Program-made: the position numbers and the translations under genes | Origin: Rhizophagus irregularis | Taxonomy: Eukaryota | Direction: 5' to 3' | Length of the DNA stretch: 64,000 bases | Assembly (NCBI RefSeq): GCF_026210795.1 | Contig: NC_089435.1 | Span: 1,736,001 to 1,800,000, forward strand | The notes under the pieces: model-generated | What the model was told of the DNA's origin: nothing | Databases searched by the model: none | What the model saw: the letters and a program-made list of their open reading frames with translations, nothing else | Shown here: positions 1-12,166 of the stretch, one piece after another | Layout of the letters: each line of letters begins with the position of its first letter | Numbering within the stretch: the first letter of the stretch is position 1

Positions 1-606
1 CAAAGATAATATGTAAAAAGAACATAAAAGATAGTATATAGATAGAATAGAAAGTAGCGTAAAATTTGTATAAATAGAGAACAGAATTCAAAGTAATTCC
101 ATAGTTCTCATCCACAGAACTCAATAAAAATATAAGTTTTATTTAATTATTTGTTAATGAAGTTTAATGTTAATTAAAGGTAATAGGTTCGCCCTAAACT
201 TTAATTAATGTTCGCTTAATTAATTTTAATTAAACAAATGAAAATTTTAAGATGAATTAAATATATGTTTTTGAAAAGTAATAATTCGTAGCGAGAGCTA
301 TCGAAGTTTGAAATTAAAGGTAAAAGTGGATATAATTTGGGGAAAATTTAGAGAAGTTAATTTTATTTTATATCGTTCAACGTTTTATATTACTAACGCT
401 ATTTATTTTGTGAACCAAGAATGTTGTTGTATGTTGTTCGTTAATTTTGTTGTTTGTTAATTATGTTGTTGAGTAATCGCTTGTTCGTTTATTTGTTTGT
501 TTGTTTGTTTGTTTGTTTGTTTGTTTGTTTGTTCGTTCGACCATGAGAAAGCCCGTTCGATGTGGTAACTCTGTAAATTGATGACAGGGGGAATTGGGAG
601 ATCTCA
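1..606 (+). repeat. 5' LTR of Gypsy 1 (partial)
   Basis: Colinear with 9589-10194, ends ...GATCTCA; differences are mostly transitions, many in the (TTCG/TTTG)n tract. Confidence 0.95.
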
Positions 607-608
607 TA

Positions 609-622
609 TGGTGCATGCTCGC
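609..622 (+). promoter_or_regulatory. Primer-binding site of Gypsy 1
   Basis: TGGTGCATGCTCGC 2 nt after the LTR end; TGG start is complementary to tRNA CCA. tRNA identity not established. Confidence 0.75.
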
Positions 623-2080
623 AAGAAAGGAAATGATCATCATCACATGATTATTATTATAATGAATATGAAAATTTAATTTCGTTAGTAAGTCACTGAT
701 AGGTATTATTAATCAATATTTTATTTTAGAATTTATTTTTAGATTTCAGGTTTTGACGAGTTCAAAAGGAACCAATAAATCAATGAGGATTTAACGTGTT
801 AAAAACTTGAAAAGGTGAAAGATTGGGGTTTGAAGTTGTGCAAGTAATCATTTAATCGATAGAAAGCACAAGAATATTTCTTTCGGGAATAAAGTACCTG
901 AGAAATTTCATAAGGAGATGGGGAAGCGAAAGATGAATTTTAGAATAAAGATTAATAATGGGAGAACACCAATGTATTATCTGGGGTTCATCTGTGTGGT
1001 ATGGGTTATCTCTGAGTTTGAATTTTGGATAAATGCTCGAGATTGGAAAACTTTTATTCTTCGACATTAAAGATTATAACGTATGGGTTACATCAAATCT
1101 GGATACCCAGCTCAATAATGCGCAAATTGCTTTGGGGACAGGGAATGAAAATTGTAAAGACACCTACTATCAAGAAATATTGAAAGAATAAAATAGGACA
1201 AACCTGTAAACTATCATGCTTTTACCCAATGGGAAAAAGATAGAGATAAGCCCAGTATAGGTCCACCAATTTGAGGAAAGATAAGTTGGTTTAGATGAGT
1301 TTTATGGATAGCTGATGACTTTTGAAACTGGATTTTGGAAGGTTAGATTCACCCGTTAAGAGACGAGTCGGCCAACGAAGGAGGAGAAGACGGATACGTT
1401 GTATTGTTACAGGTCCTAGGCTACATTTCAGATGAGGGTTCCTGGTGTAGTGTGCTAGGTCACGTTCTCATTACAATGTTCTGTTAAAAGAAGATAACAT
1501 AGAAGGATATTTACACATTAACGAGCCGTATAATGAACATTACGTGCAGTATTTAATAATAGAGTAAAATCCGAAAAGAAGGACATTTATTTAAAAGAAG
1601 AACATTTGTTTGAAAAAGAATATTTATTTGAAAAGGAACATTTATTTGAAAAGAAGGATATTTATCTGAAAAGAACGACATTTTGTGTGTTATAGATTAA
1701 TTTATATAATATAGAATATATAGTAAGAAGGATTTATGTGGACGATAAGAAAGATTGAAAATTTGCAAACTTTAAAAGTTATGAAAATTTTGGAGTTTGT
1801 GATATGTGATATGTGAAATTATGAATCTCGGTGATAGAAGATAAATTTTAGAATGTGATATTATAGATCTCGGTGACAAAAGATAAACTTTGTGGAGCAG
1901 TAAAAATTAATAGTAAAATATGGCATAGTAAATATATAGAACCGAAAGATGGAATCTAAAGATTGAAAGAAGCAATCTACTTAAAGATAAAAGAATGTTT
2001 AGAAGATTGAAAGTAGAAACGATAAGAGTGAAATATATATATATAAGAGGAGGTGAGATTTTAGTTAAGATTCTGGATGA

Positions 2081-5000
2081 ACGATTGCAACGATAAAATG
2101 GTACGAAACTTGGAGAGTTGATTACGAAAATCACAAATTAAGACACGATGAAAATATCAGGAATGTAGATATAAACGAATTAAGAGGAGAAAATATAACA
2201 TGTGAAATATGTTATCCAATAGGAGATACACCAGAAGTTTTCAAGAAATTTTGGAAAATATTGCAAAAATTTGAATATACGATAAAAGATTATAACGCAG
2301 AAACTATAAGAGCGTTATTAAATTTATTGAGTATAGATAGTGAAGAAAGAAATAATTATACAAAAGGAAGGACTAGAGATGCATTGGATGTAATGGTCGA
2401 ATCGATAAGATACTTGAAACAACCAGTATTAAGAGAAAAAGGATTAAAGATAATAATAATAGTAATCGTGAGAGATTGTATAGAAAATGATAAAGAAGAT
2501 GAAACAATGGACAGATTGATAGGGAATGAAGAATTAATAAGATATGGTTATATTTTGGAAGATTGGGATGTAAATATAAGATTTAGGGAATTTTATGAGT
2601 GGTATAAAGAAGCTATAACAGATTTTATAGAATGTAAAGATAGCACTATTAGAAGATACAAAAATATATTATATGAAGAGGCTGAATTAAAAGAAGATGA
2701 GTCAACAGAAAAGATAGAAGCGTTCAAACAAAAAATTAGATTAATGTTGCACACAATGCACATAAGAGTTCGTGAACATGGTTGGGAAATTAGCAAGGAA
2801 ATAGTTGGAAAAGTTTATGATAAGATTAGGGGGTTTGAGCAATTAAATATAGATGAAACAGATAGTGATGACACACCAAGAAGTTATACTATAACAGAAA
2901 CAGACGATGGGGAAGAAGAAAATTTACCAATTAGTAAGAATGAAGAAATGTCAGATGAGGAATCTGATGAATCTAGTGAATCTAATAATGTTGAAGAAAC
3001 AGAAACAACAAAGATATTCGAAGAAATAATTAGAATGGATTTAAAAAGAATGGGATATGATGTAGAAATAACAGAAATTGAAAGAATAAGAAAATTTGGA
3101 GTAACCGCAAAGATAATAACAACGTACGAATTTATGAAGAAATATTTAACAATATGGAATCTTGAAGATGAAGAATTAGATGAGCGAATATTACAATGGA
3201 GAGTTGAAAACACAAAAGAATGCGAAAGATGTGAAATTGAAAGATTAAAGAAAGAATTTAAAATCGGAAAAGAAACTTGCATAGAATGTGAAAAAGATAT
3301 TGAAGAAGAAAATCCAACAGATGATGAAGATGAAGTGGAAGAGGATATAAAAGGACCCGAAATTGGCTCAAGTAAAAAATCAAAAAGCAAAAAGGAAAAC
3401 AAAGAATTGAAGAAAACACCTATAATACCAATAATACCAGTACCACCAATAAAACCAAAGATAACAATGGCAGCAACAAGAGATGAAGTCAGGGCAGATC
3501 TAAGAGCAGTAACAAGTACTATGTATGGTCATGATATTGGGCCAGATTGGAACAATTTAGCAGTACCACCAATAACATTGACAGGATTACAAGGAGAAAT
3601 TCAAGCGAATACTAATGCGATAGGAAATTTAAACGCAAATAGGGGAGCTATTGTGGAATTACCAGCATTTTATGGTACCAGTGGAGAAGATCCAGAAGAA
3701 TGGGCAGATAAATTTGAGGAGGCGTTTACAGCGAATGGTTTAGGGAATGATGATGCACAGAGATTTATAATAGCAAAAGCGAGATTAATGGGAGGAGCAG
3801 CAGATTGGTTAAAAACTGAAGGAGTAAATATTGCCGATTGGAATGTTAATGGGGATCATAATTTAAGATTAAGAAGAAGAATAATTGGAAAGTATGCGAG
3901 TGATGAAATTAAAGATAGATGGCTAGAACAATTAGAAAAGATTAGACAGAGAGACGAGAATGTAACTCAATACCTTACGAGATTTAAATATATGTTAAAG
4001 AGAGTGGGAGGTGATGCAGAGTAGCAGCAAATCAGCAAAAGAGGATTTTTATTAGAGGATTAAAACCGGATTTTACTAAGGACGTAGTAATGGGAAATCC
4101 AGCAGATTTAAATGCAACATTTCAGATAGCAAAAAACGTAGAAAGAGGTTTAGAAGCATTAACAGATAAAGTACAACCAAAAGAAATTAATGATGAACAA
4201 AGAAGACAAGAACCTATTGTTCAAGGGAATGTAAGGAATAATAAAGAGGTAAATGTAGATGAATTAGCAAGCAGTTTTGCGAAGTTACAAATTAAGATGT
4301 TAGAAGATGAGAATGAAAGATTAAGAAATTTAGCGAGTCAGAGTCATAGGCGATTGCCACAAAGAAACCAACCAATACAAAGAAATCAACCAATTCAAAG
4401 AAATCAGTCATTCCAAAAAAGAGTACCGACATGCTATACATGTGGTAGAGTTGGTCATTATTCAAGAGAGTGTCCGGAGAAAAGAAGGAATGCAAAAGTG
4501 AATATGATGGACGAATATGATGACCAAGAAAAATATGATTATGATGAATATGGATACGAGGAACCACAATATAACGAAATGTATTATACACAAGGTTATT
4601 ACGATGATTATGAAGATAGGGAATTAAATTATCATAATGAATTGTACGCAAAAGATAACGCGGTAAAAACAAGAAGACAAACAAGAAGGACGGATCCAAC
4701 AGTGGGATATAAAAATAATAATGAAGAAGGAAATTTACAAGAAGAATTAAGAGAAGCAGGAAATAGAATGGATGATAGAGAAATACCAATTGGTACAACG
4801 GCACCAAATTATATACCTGAACGAACTGAACAGAATGGGGATAGAACGATAGGATCAAGAAAAATGAAATGGAGCAATAAAAGACAAGATTATTACGACC
4901 CAACTGAAGGACTAAGAAAATGGAGAGAAGCAGGAAGACCAACAAAACCCAGAGAGTATGGACCAAAATTAACTGACGGAATACCACCTTACGACATCGT

Positions 5001-5103
5001 GGGAGACGTGAAAAATTGTAGAGCGAATATAACATATGGACAATTAATAAGCGAGAATCCTAAGTATCATAAGCGATTGAGACATATAGACCAAGAAGTA
5101 TAG
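2081..5103 (+). pseudogene. gag: Gypsy 1 gag (frameshifted near 4020; true start uncertain)
   Basis: Frame open from 2081 with HxxxH..CxxCYP; capsid motifs FYGTSGEDPEEW and IRQRDENVTQY. Reading resumes in another frame at 4021 (VAANQQKRIFIRGL) and leads to zinc knuckle CYTCGRVGHYSREC. Confidence 0.88.
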
Positions 5104-5126
5104 ACGAGAAAAATTGACTACACTCG

Positions 5127-5630
5127 GTGGGAACTATGAAAAATGAGGAAAAAAGAACTACAGCAATGAGAACGGAATTAGAAGTTGAAGATCAATTAGT
5201 GAATGTAATAATAGATACTGGAGCAGCAGTAAGTGTGATAACAGATAAATTAAGAAGAAGATTGAATATACCTATATTTGGAAAAAGTAAATTTAGATGT
5301 ACAATAGCAAATGGACAAAAGATAGCAGCATTAGGAAAAGCAAATATAACTTTGAGGTACAAAGACGAATTAGAGATATTAAAAGAAGTTGAAGTGATCA
5401 ATTCAGAAGAAGAAGATCTAATTTTGGGAAATGATATATGGAAGTTGTATAATGCAAAAATAAATTTTGAAGATCATACCTTAAGAATAGAAGAACAGGG
5501 AGAAATAATAATGATTCCAGTAGGATATGAAAGAGAAGTAGCATATGAAAGTGAGGAGAGCGAGGACGATGAAGAATACGAAAGTAACGATGAAGGAGAG
5601 GTATTCAGAATGCACCAGAATTTTAAATAG
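5127..5630 (+). CDS. Gypsy 1 retropepsin aspartic protease (separate ORF)
   Basis: VIIDTGAAVSVI active site, ANG flap, LILGND motif. Confidence 0.92.
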   Translation: MGTMKNEEKRTTAMRTELEVEDQLVNVIIDTGAAVSVITDKLRRRLNIPIFGKSKFRCTIANGQKIAALGKANITLRYKDELEILKEVEVINSEEEDLILGNDIWKLYNAKINFEDHTLRIEEQGEIIMIPVGYEREVAYESEESEDDEEYESNDEGEVFRMHQNFK

Positions 5631-5665
5631 AAAGTCTTGGCTCTGAAGAGAGAGAGACGGAAAAG

Positions 5666-7747
5666 ATGCTCGAACCAAGTGAAAAATTTATGCAAAAACT
5701 AAGTATAGAAAAAGTAGAAGAACCGATTTGGGAAAATATGGTAAAATTACTATTAGAATACCAAGATATCTTAGAGTACGACGAGGAAATAGAAGAAAGA
5801 ACAAAAGCAGCGCAACATGAGATAAAAATAAAAGATGGGATAGAACCAATAAAGCAGAGAAGATATAAAGAAACAGATGAAAAGGCAAAATTTATAAGCG
5901 AAGAAGTAGATAAATTGTTAAAACAAGGAAGGATAAGGAAATCAAAAAGTCCATGGAGTTCACCGGTTACATTAGCAGGAAAGAAAACGGGAAAATATAG
6001 ATTCTGTATTGATTACAGAAAGTTAAACAAGATAACTATAATGGATAGTTTTCCTTTACCAAGAATGGATGAATTACTAGATAAATACAGGAAAGCAAAA
6101 TGGTTTTCAAGTATAGATTTAGCGGCAGGATTTAATCAAGTAGAAATGAAAGAAGAAGATAAAGAAAAAACAGCATTTGTATGTTCAAAAGGATTATTTG
6201 AGTATAATGTAATGCCGTTCGGTTTAACGAATGCACCAGCAACATTTCAAAGATTAATGGATGAAATATTAGAAGAATACATAAACGATTTTGTAGTAGT
6301 ATATATCGATGATATTATGATATATTCAGAAAATTTAAAAGACCATATGGAACATGTGGAAAAAGTATTAAAGAAGTTACAGGAGAATAATTTAATAATA
6401 AAATTAAAGAAATGTAGATTTTTGGAAAGAAACATAGAATTTTTAGGACATATAGTAGGAAATGATGGATTAAGGCCAGACGATAAAAAGATAGAAAAGA
6501 TAAAAGAAATGAAAGCACCAACAACAGTGAAAGAAGTAAGATCATTTTTAGGACTTTGTTCATATTACAGAAAATTTGTGAAGAATTTTTCAAAGATAGC
6601 AAGACCAATAAGCAATTTGAGAAAGAAGGGAATACCTTTTATCTGGGGAAAAGAACAACAAGAAGCGTTTGAAAGATTGAAAGAAAAGTTAATACAATAT
6701 CCAATATTACGACATCCAGATTGGAAGAAAGAATTTTTATTAATAACAGATGCATCAGGAAAAGGACTAGGTGCAGTATTAAGTCAAAAAGATGAAAAGG
6801 GAAAAGAAGTAGTAATAGCATATGCGAGTAGAAGCTTATTACCAGCAGAAGAAAATTATCCGATAACAGAATTGGAATGTTTAGGAATAGTTTGGGGAAT
6901 TCAACATTTTCATAAATATTTAATCGATAGAAAATTTAAAGTAATAACAGATCACAGTGCATTGAAAGGATTAATGAATGCAAAGATACCAAAAGGAAAA
7001 AGAGCAAGATGGGTAATGGAATTACAGCAATATAATTTTGAAGTAATACATAGGTCAGGAAAAGAAAATACGAATGCCGACGCATTAAGTAGGTTATTAA
7101 AGATAGTAGAGGATCAACCAGAAATAGTAATAATTGATGGAGTAGATGGATTAGGAAAAACAAGTATAGTACAAAATTTAATTAAAGAATGGGAAAAACA
7201 AGGATTAAAAGTAAGATTCAATACTTATAAAAGAAGAAGAAAAGATAAAGATGAATTTCACGAATCAAAGATGAATACAGAATGGAAATTCAGAAAAGAA
7301 GTAGTGGAACAAATAAATAGAAGAATGTTAGAATATGATGAAGATACAGATATAATAATTTTAGACAAATCACCATATTGTGAATATTATTATCAAAAGA
7401 CGAAAAGCTTTGACAGAGGATTAATTACTCCGCATGGAAATCATGAGATGGAAAAAGAAATATTCAGATTGAAAGAAACGATAGATAAATCAATAGTGAT
7501 ATTTTTAGAAAAAGATGGCGACGTATGTTGGAAAAATTACATCGGAAGAGAAACAAAGAAAACGGAAAAATCATCATATCCAACATTAAAGAAGGATGAA
7601 TATTTGGACATGGTTAGAATGTTTGAAGAAAATCAGAGCGTGTACAAAGATACCGAAAGATACAGTCGAGTAAAAGTTAAAAATGACAATAGTAGTTGGA
7701 GAAAAGTATTTAAAGAGGTGGAGAAATGGAGAAGAGCACAGAACTAA
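5666..7747 (+). CDS. pol: Gypsy 1 reverse transcriptase-RNase H with C-terminal P-loop (thymidylate/dNMP kinase-like) domain
   Basis: RFCIDYRKLN, MPFGLTNAPATFQ, YIDD; RNase H TDAS...ELE...TDH...NADALSR; then IIDGVDGLGKTS and IILDKSPYCEYYYQ. Confidence 0.95.
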   Translation: MLEPSEKFMQKLSIEKVEEPIWENMVKLLLEYQDILEYDEEIEERTKAAQHEIKIKDGIEPIKQRRYKETDEKAKFISEEVDKLLKQGRIRKSKSPWSSPVTLAGKKTGKYRFCIDYRKLNKITIMDSFPLPRMDELLDKYRKAKWFSSIDLAAGFNQVEMKEEDKEKTAFVCSKGLFEYNVMPFGLTNAPATFQRLMDEILEEYINDFVVVYIDDIMIYSENLKDHMEHVEKVLKKLQENNLIIKLKKCRFLERNIEFLGHIVGNDGLRPDDKKIEKIKEMKAPTTVKEVRSFLGLCSYYRKFVKNFSKIARPISNLRKKGIPFIWGKEQQEAFERLKEKLIQYPILRHPDWKKEFLLITDASGKGLGAVLSQKDEKGKEVVIAYASRSLLPAEENYPITELECLGIVWGIQHFHKYLIDRKFKVITDHSALKGLMNAKIPKGKRARWVMELQQYNFEVIHRSGKENTNADALSRLLKIVEDQPEIVIIDGVDGLGKTSIVQNLIKEWEKQGLKVRFNTYKRRRKDKDEFHESKMNTEWKFRKEVVEQINRRMLEYDEDTDIIILDKSPYCEYYYQKTKSFDRGLITPHGNHEMEKEIFRLKETIDKSIVIFLEKDGDVCWKNYIGRETKKTEKSSYPTLKKDEYLDMVRMFEENQSVYKDTERYSRVKVKNDNSSWRKVFKEVEKWRRAQN

Positions 7748-7807
7748 AAATACAGAACACATAACGAAAATAACAAATTTAGAAGCGAAATCAACTAAAG
7801 AAGTATT

Positions 7808-9034
7808 ATGGAAGAAAATAATTACAAGAGAATAATTAACAATATCGAAAAGGAGAATAAATATGAATTGAAAGAGGGAATTCTATATAGAGTGAAAGGA
7901 CAAAACAAATTTAGAGTAATTAGAGATTATGAATACGAGGGATTGATGTACATGATGCATGATAATGAATTATCAGGACATTTTGGGATAGAAGCGACAT
8001 TAGATAGAATAAAAGAAAATTATTGGTGGAAAAATATGAAAGAAGATGTAGAAGAATACGTAAGAACGTGTTGGAATTGTCAAATGAGAGGAAAACCAAG
8101 AGGAAAGAACGAATTGACATCAATAAAGATAAATGAACCATTCGAAATGATTGGGATAAATATAGTTGGACCATTAAAAGAGACAGAAAAGGGAAATAAG
8201 TATATTGTAGTAGTAATGGATTATTTTACGAAATGGCCCGAAGCCGCACCACTAAAAGAAGCTACAGCGAAAGAGGTAGTAGAATTTATTTGGAGAGACA
8301 TAATTTGTAGACATGGATGTCCAAAGAAAATAATTAGCGATAGAGGGACTCATTTTAACAATAAAATGATGGAAGAATTAGTAGAAAGATGTGGAATAAA
8401 TCATAGATTAAGTACACCATATAGGCCACAAACAAATGGTTTGGTCGAAAGATTCAATAAAACTTTATGCGAGGGATTAGCCAAATTAGGAGAAGAAAAT
8501 TGGGATAAACATATACCATCTGTATTATTTGCATATAGAACAAGAAAGCAATCATCAACAAAAATTAAACCTTTTTATGCGACATACGGAAGGAGAGCAA
8601 AACTACCATTAGATAAAGATGAAAACAAGATAACATTAGCTGACAGAGTAAAGGTATTAATTGAAGAGCTACCGGTAATAAGAAGGAAAATAAAAGAAAA
8701 TGTGAAAGAAGCTCAAGAGAGACAGAAACAACAACACGACAAAAGGGGAATTAGAAAACCTAAATTTGAAATAGGAGAAAAAGTATTATTATATGAAGCA
8801 TGGAGAGAGAAACAATGGTCTGGAAAATTACAGAACAAATGGAAAGGACCATATTTAATTCACGAAGAATTTGGAAATGGAGCGTATAAACTCAAAGAAT
8901 TAGACGGAAGAATACTAAAAACACCACAAAATGGAGAATGGTTAAAGAAATTTTATGATCGAGAGAGATTTACACCAAAAATAGTAATTAAAGGAAAAGA
9001 GGTATTCAATAAGACCCGAGTTCGATTCGATTAG
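7808..9034 (+). CDS. Gypsy 1 integrase (separate ORF; first catalytic Asp appears mutated to Asn)
   Basis: HHCC (HDNELSGH..CWNC), IGINIVGP (canonical IGIDxVGP), SDRG, GLVERFN, WKGPY. Confidence 0.93.
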   Translation: MEENNYKRIINNIEKENKYELKEGILYRVKGQNKFRVIRDYEYEGLMYMMHDNELSGHFGIEATLDRIKENYWWKNMKEDVEEYVRTCWNCQMRGKPRGKNELTSIKINEPFEMIGINIVGPLKETEKGNKYIVVVMDYFTKWPEAAPLKEATAKEVVEFIWRDIICRHGCPKKIISDRGTHFNNKMMEELVERCGINHRLSTPYRPQTNGLVERFNKTLCEGLAKLGEENWDKHIPSVLFAYRTRKQSSTKIKPFYATYGRRAKLPLDKDENKITLADRVKVLIEELPVIRRKIKENVKEAQERQKQQHDKRGIRKPKFEIGEKVLLYEAWREKQWSGKLQNKWKGPYLIHEEFGNGAYKLKELDGRILKTPQNGEWLKKFYDRERFTPKIVIKGKEVFNKTRVRFD

Positions 9035-9110
9035 AATTATTATGAATAAGACACGAGTTTGATTCTATTAAAGTTATTTGTGAGGTCACAAATAGCGAAG
9101 GGGGGGATAA

Positions 9111-10194
9111 TGTAAACGGTCGAATATCAAGCATGAGAATATGATAAAATTCAATCACCAAATGTAATTGTCAAATATTAAGAACGAACAAACTAATTAT
9201 GAATTGGCGTGGATGGATAAATAATTAGCCGAAAAGGATAAACATTTAGAAAGAGTAATGATCTGCATGATGTAATATTTATTGAATGATTGACAAAGAA
9301 CCAATAGGATAAATAGAGTCGATCAATTGGGCTTAGCAATCTTTAACAATAAGAACGATAAGAAAGAATAATTATAAGCCACAAAAGATAGATTATAAGT
9401 AAAACACATAAAGCGGATTGAAAGAACATATAAAATAATGTCAGAAAGATTAAAGAACGTAAAATAATATAAAAGATAATATAAAAAGATAATACAAAGA
9501 TATTATAAAAGATAATATATATATATATAAGATAGCATATTAAAAGATAGCGTATTTAAAATATAGATAGTATATTAGGAAGATAGTTCAAAGATAATAT
9601 GTAAAAAGAACATAAAAGATAGTATATAGATAGAATAGAAAGTAGCGTAAAATTTGTATAAATAGAAAACGGAATTCAAAGTAATTCCATAGTTCTCATC
9701 CACAGAACTCAATAAAAATATAAGTTTTATTTAATTATTTGTTAATGAAGTTTAATGTTAATTAAAGGTAATAGGTTCGCCCTAAACTTTAATTAATGTT
9801 CGCTTAATTAATTTTAATTAAACAAATGAAAATTTTAAGATGAATTAAATATATGTTTTTGAAAAGTAATAATTCGTAGCGAGAGCTATCGAAGTTTGAA
9901 ATTAAAGGTAAAAGTGGATATAATTTGGGGACAATTTAGAGAAGTTAATTTTATTTTATATCGTTCAACGTTTTATATTACTAACGCTATTTATTTTGTG
10001 AACCAAGAATGTTGTTGTATGTTGTTCGTTAATTTTGTTGTTTGTTAATTATGTTGTTGAGTAATCGCTTGTTCATTTATTTGTTTGTTCGTTTGTTCGT
10101 TTGTTCATTTGTTCGTTCGTTCGTTCGACCATGAGAAAGCCCGTTCGATGTGGCAACTCTGTAAATTGATGACAGGGGGAATTGGGGGATCTCA
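9111..10194 (+). repeat. 3' LTR of Gypsy 1 (1084 bp, TG...CA), preceded by PPT GAAGGGGGGG
   Basis: Starts TGTAAACGG directly after the polypurine tract; last 606 bp match the window start. Confidence 0.93.
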
Positions 10195-11731
10195 ACGTGG
10201 AGGAATAGCTATGGCTGGACACCGTTTTCTAAAAGCCAATAACCCTAAGATGGGTGACTCTTTTAATCCCTCTAAACCTACTACCTGGATTTCCTATGTA
10301 GATGCAAACAATCTGTATGGATGGGCTATGAGCCAGTACTTACCTATTGGTAATTACAGATGGGAAGCATCTCCAGAATATTTCAAACAGAATCCAGATA
10401 AGCAGAAGCAGATACTTAATGTAATTCTTAATACAAAACCAGATGCTGCCCGTGGTTACTTCCTAAATATCAAAGCGCACTACCCCCTTAGGACTCATGA
10501 TTATCTACAAGATTTACCTCCTGCAGTTGATAGTATAGCTGTAAAAAAGGATAGGTTAAGCCCATATATAACCAAACTTGTTGATAACTTAGATGGAGGG
10601 CGATTTCCTGAAACAGAGAAGTTAGTTCCACATCTTGGTAAACATGAAGATTATGTCATACATTACCAAGAGCTCCAGTATTACATTAAGTTAGGCATGG
10701 TTGTAGATGAGATTACACAAGTCCTATCATTTGATCAAGATAACTGGTTAGCTCCTTATATTGCAAAAAATACAAATTTACGTCAACAATCCAAGAATTC
10801 ATTTGAGAAAGACTTCTTTAAACTCATGAATAACTCAGTCTATGGCAAGACTATGGAGAATGTACGTAAGTATCAGGATGTCAAGCTTATGAGAATGATC
10901 AATGAAAATGATGAGAAGAAATTCCTTAAGAAAGTTCGCAAGCCCTCCTTCAAGTATGCTCGTCAACTTGGCAACACACTTGTAGGAGCACATATGGGTA
11001 AGGCTAGTGTTATTCTCAATAAACCTATCATTATCGGTGCATCTGTCCTTGGTCTCAGTAAACTCTTAATGTACTGCTTCTGGTATGGTTTTGTCAAAGA
11101 GAAGTATGGAAACAAAGTACGACTTGGATATATGGATACTGACTCCTTTATCTACCATGTCGAGACAGAAGATATTTACAAGGATATGGCAGAGCGTCCA
11201 GATCTCTTTGACCTTAATGATACCAAGACTATCGGGCTTTTCAAGGATGAGACTCCTGGAAATGTAATTACTGAATCTTACCACATCCGTGCAAAATCCT
11301 ACCACTATGTCTTGGCAGACAAGTCTACAAAGTCCAAACATAAAGGAGTAAGCAAGAAGGGTATGAGTGATATGGCTAAGGACACATATTTCCCATCTTT
11401 AGGTGGAACTTTATTAGATGATACAGTAGAAAAAGATGAAATCTTCGATCCTATGACTCAAGTATATCGGGACTGTCTGTTTGAAAATAATATCTTCTAT
11501 GCCAAGAATGTGGGAATGTGTACAAAAAATCATGTAATATTCCTAATCGAGTCAGAGAAGAAGGCATTATCCCCAATCGATACAAAACGCTGGATTTGGT
11601 CAGATGGTATATCCTCCTTACCATTCGGACACTGGCGTATTCAAGTATATAAGAAACTTCTTGAGCGTGGCACAAGTCATGAGGCAGCAGAAAAAATAGC
11701 TATAGGAACCAGATTACCAGAGAAATATTAG
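10195..11731 (+). pseudogene. polB: Protein-primed family B DNA polymerase, C-terminal half (interrupted by Gypsy 1)
   Basis: RGG, YVDANNLYGWAM, KLMNNSVYGK, YMDTDS, KHKGV motifs; the first ~36 aa of the listed ORF come from the LTR. Confidence 0.93.
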
Positions 11732-11804
11732 AATGATATAGAATAGTTTAGTGATACTTAGGTATATATTAATAATAAATTATATTTTTTTCTCAGTAGT
11801 TAAA

Positions 11805-12074
11805 ATGGAAGACGATCCAATCTATGATATACATAGTAAAGAATATATCGATGACCTAGTGCATGTTACAATTCAGAGAGGTCTCTTTAAAGATGTAGAG
11901 GATGCAATAAAAAGTATAAAGGCATTAGCTAAAATGGTCATAAGTTCTAAGACTAGTATTGATGCATTTATGAAATGCCCTGTACCAAACATTCCAAATG
12001 CCTTTTATGACTTAGTAGAGGCATTTTATTATTCAATACTAAGAGAAAGACAATCATTAGCACATGACATCTAA
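11805..12074 (+). CDS. Hypothetical protein (element A)
   Basis: AAAATG start (MEDDPIY), 89-aa ORF tightly packed after polB. Confidence 0.55.
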   Translation: MEDDPIYDIHSKEYIDDLVHVTIQRGLFKDVEDAIKSIKALAKMVISSKTSIDAFMKCPVPNIPNAFYDLVEAFYYSILRERQSLAHDI

Positions 12075-12166
12075 CAGATTTCTGGGAGGTGTCATATGAT
12101 AAGATATTCTATGGAATTCTTCAGAATTCTTTGGAATTCCAAATTTTTTTTTCGTAATAAGAACTA

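Larger units (their letters stand above)
1..10194 (+). mobile_element. Ty3/Gypsy LTR retrotransposon 1 (5' end outside window), inserted in PolB of element A
   Basis: Direct repeats 1-606 = 9589-10194; PBS after 5' LTR and PPT before 3' LTR; gag-pro-RT-RH-IN order; the sequence right after the 3' LTR starts mid-PolB (RGGIAM...). Confidence 0.96.

Noticed and set aside
852..1470. Possible spliced antisense gene in the Gypsy 1 leader (GT-AG 40-mer at ~1164-1203)
   Set aside because: The reconstructed frame has several stops and no recognisable motif.
2593..8174. Many antisense ORFs in Gypsy 1
   Set aside because: Shadow frames of an A-rich sense strand with no motifs.
10085..10194. Apparent N-terminus of the 548-aa PolB ORF
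   Set aside because: It is LTR microsatellite sequence that happens to be in frame.
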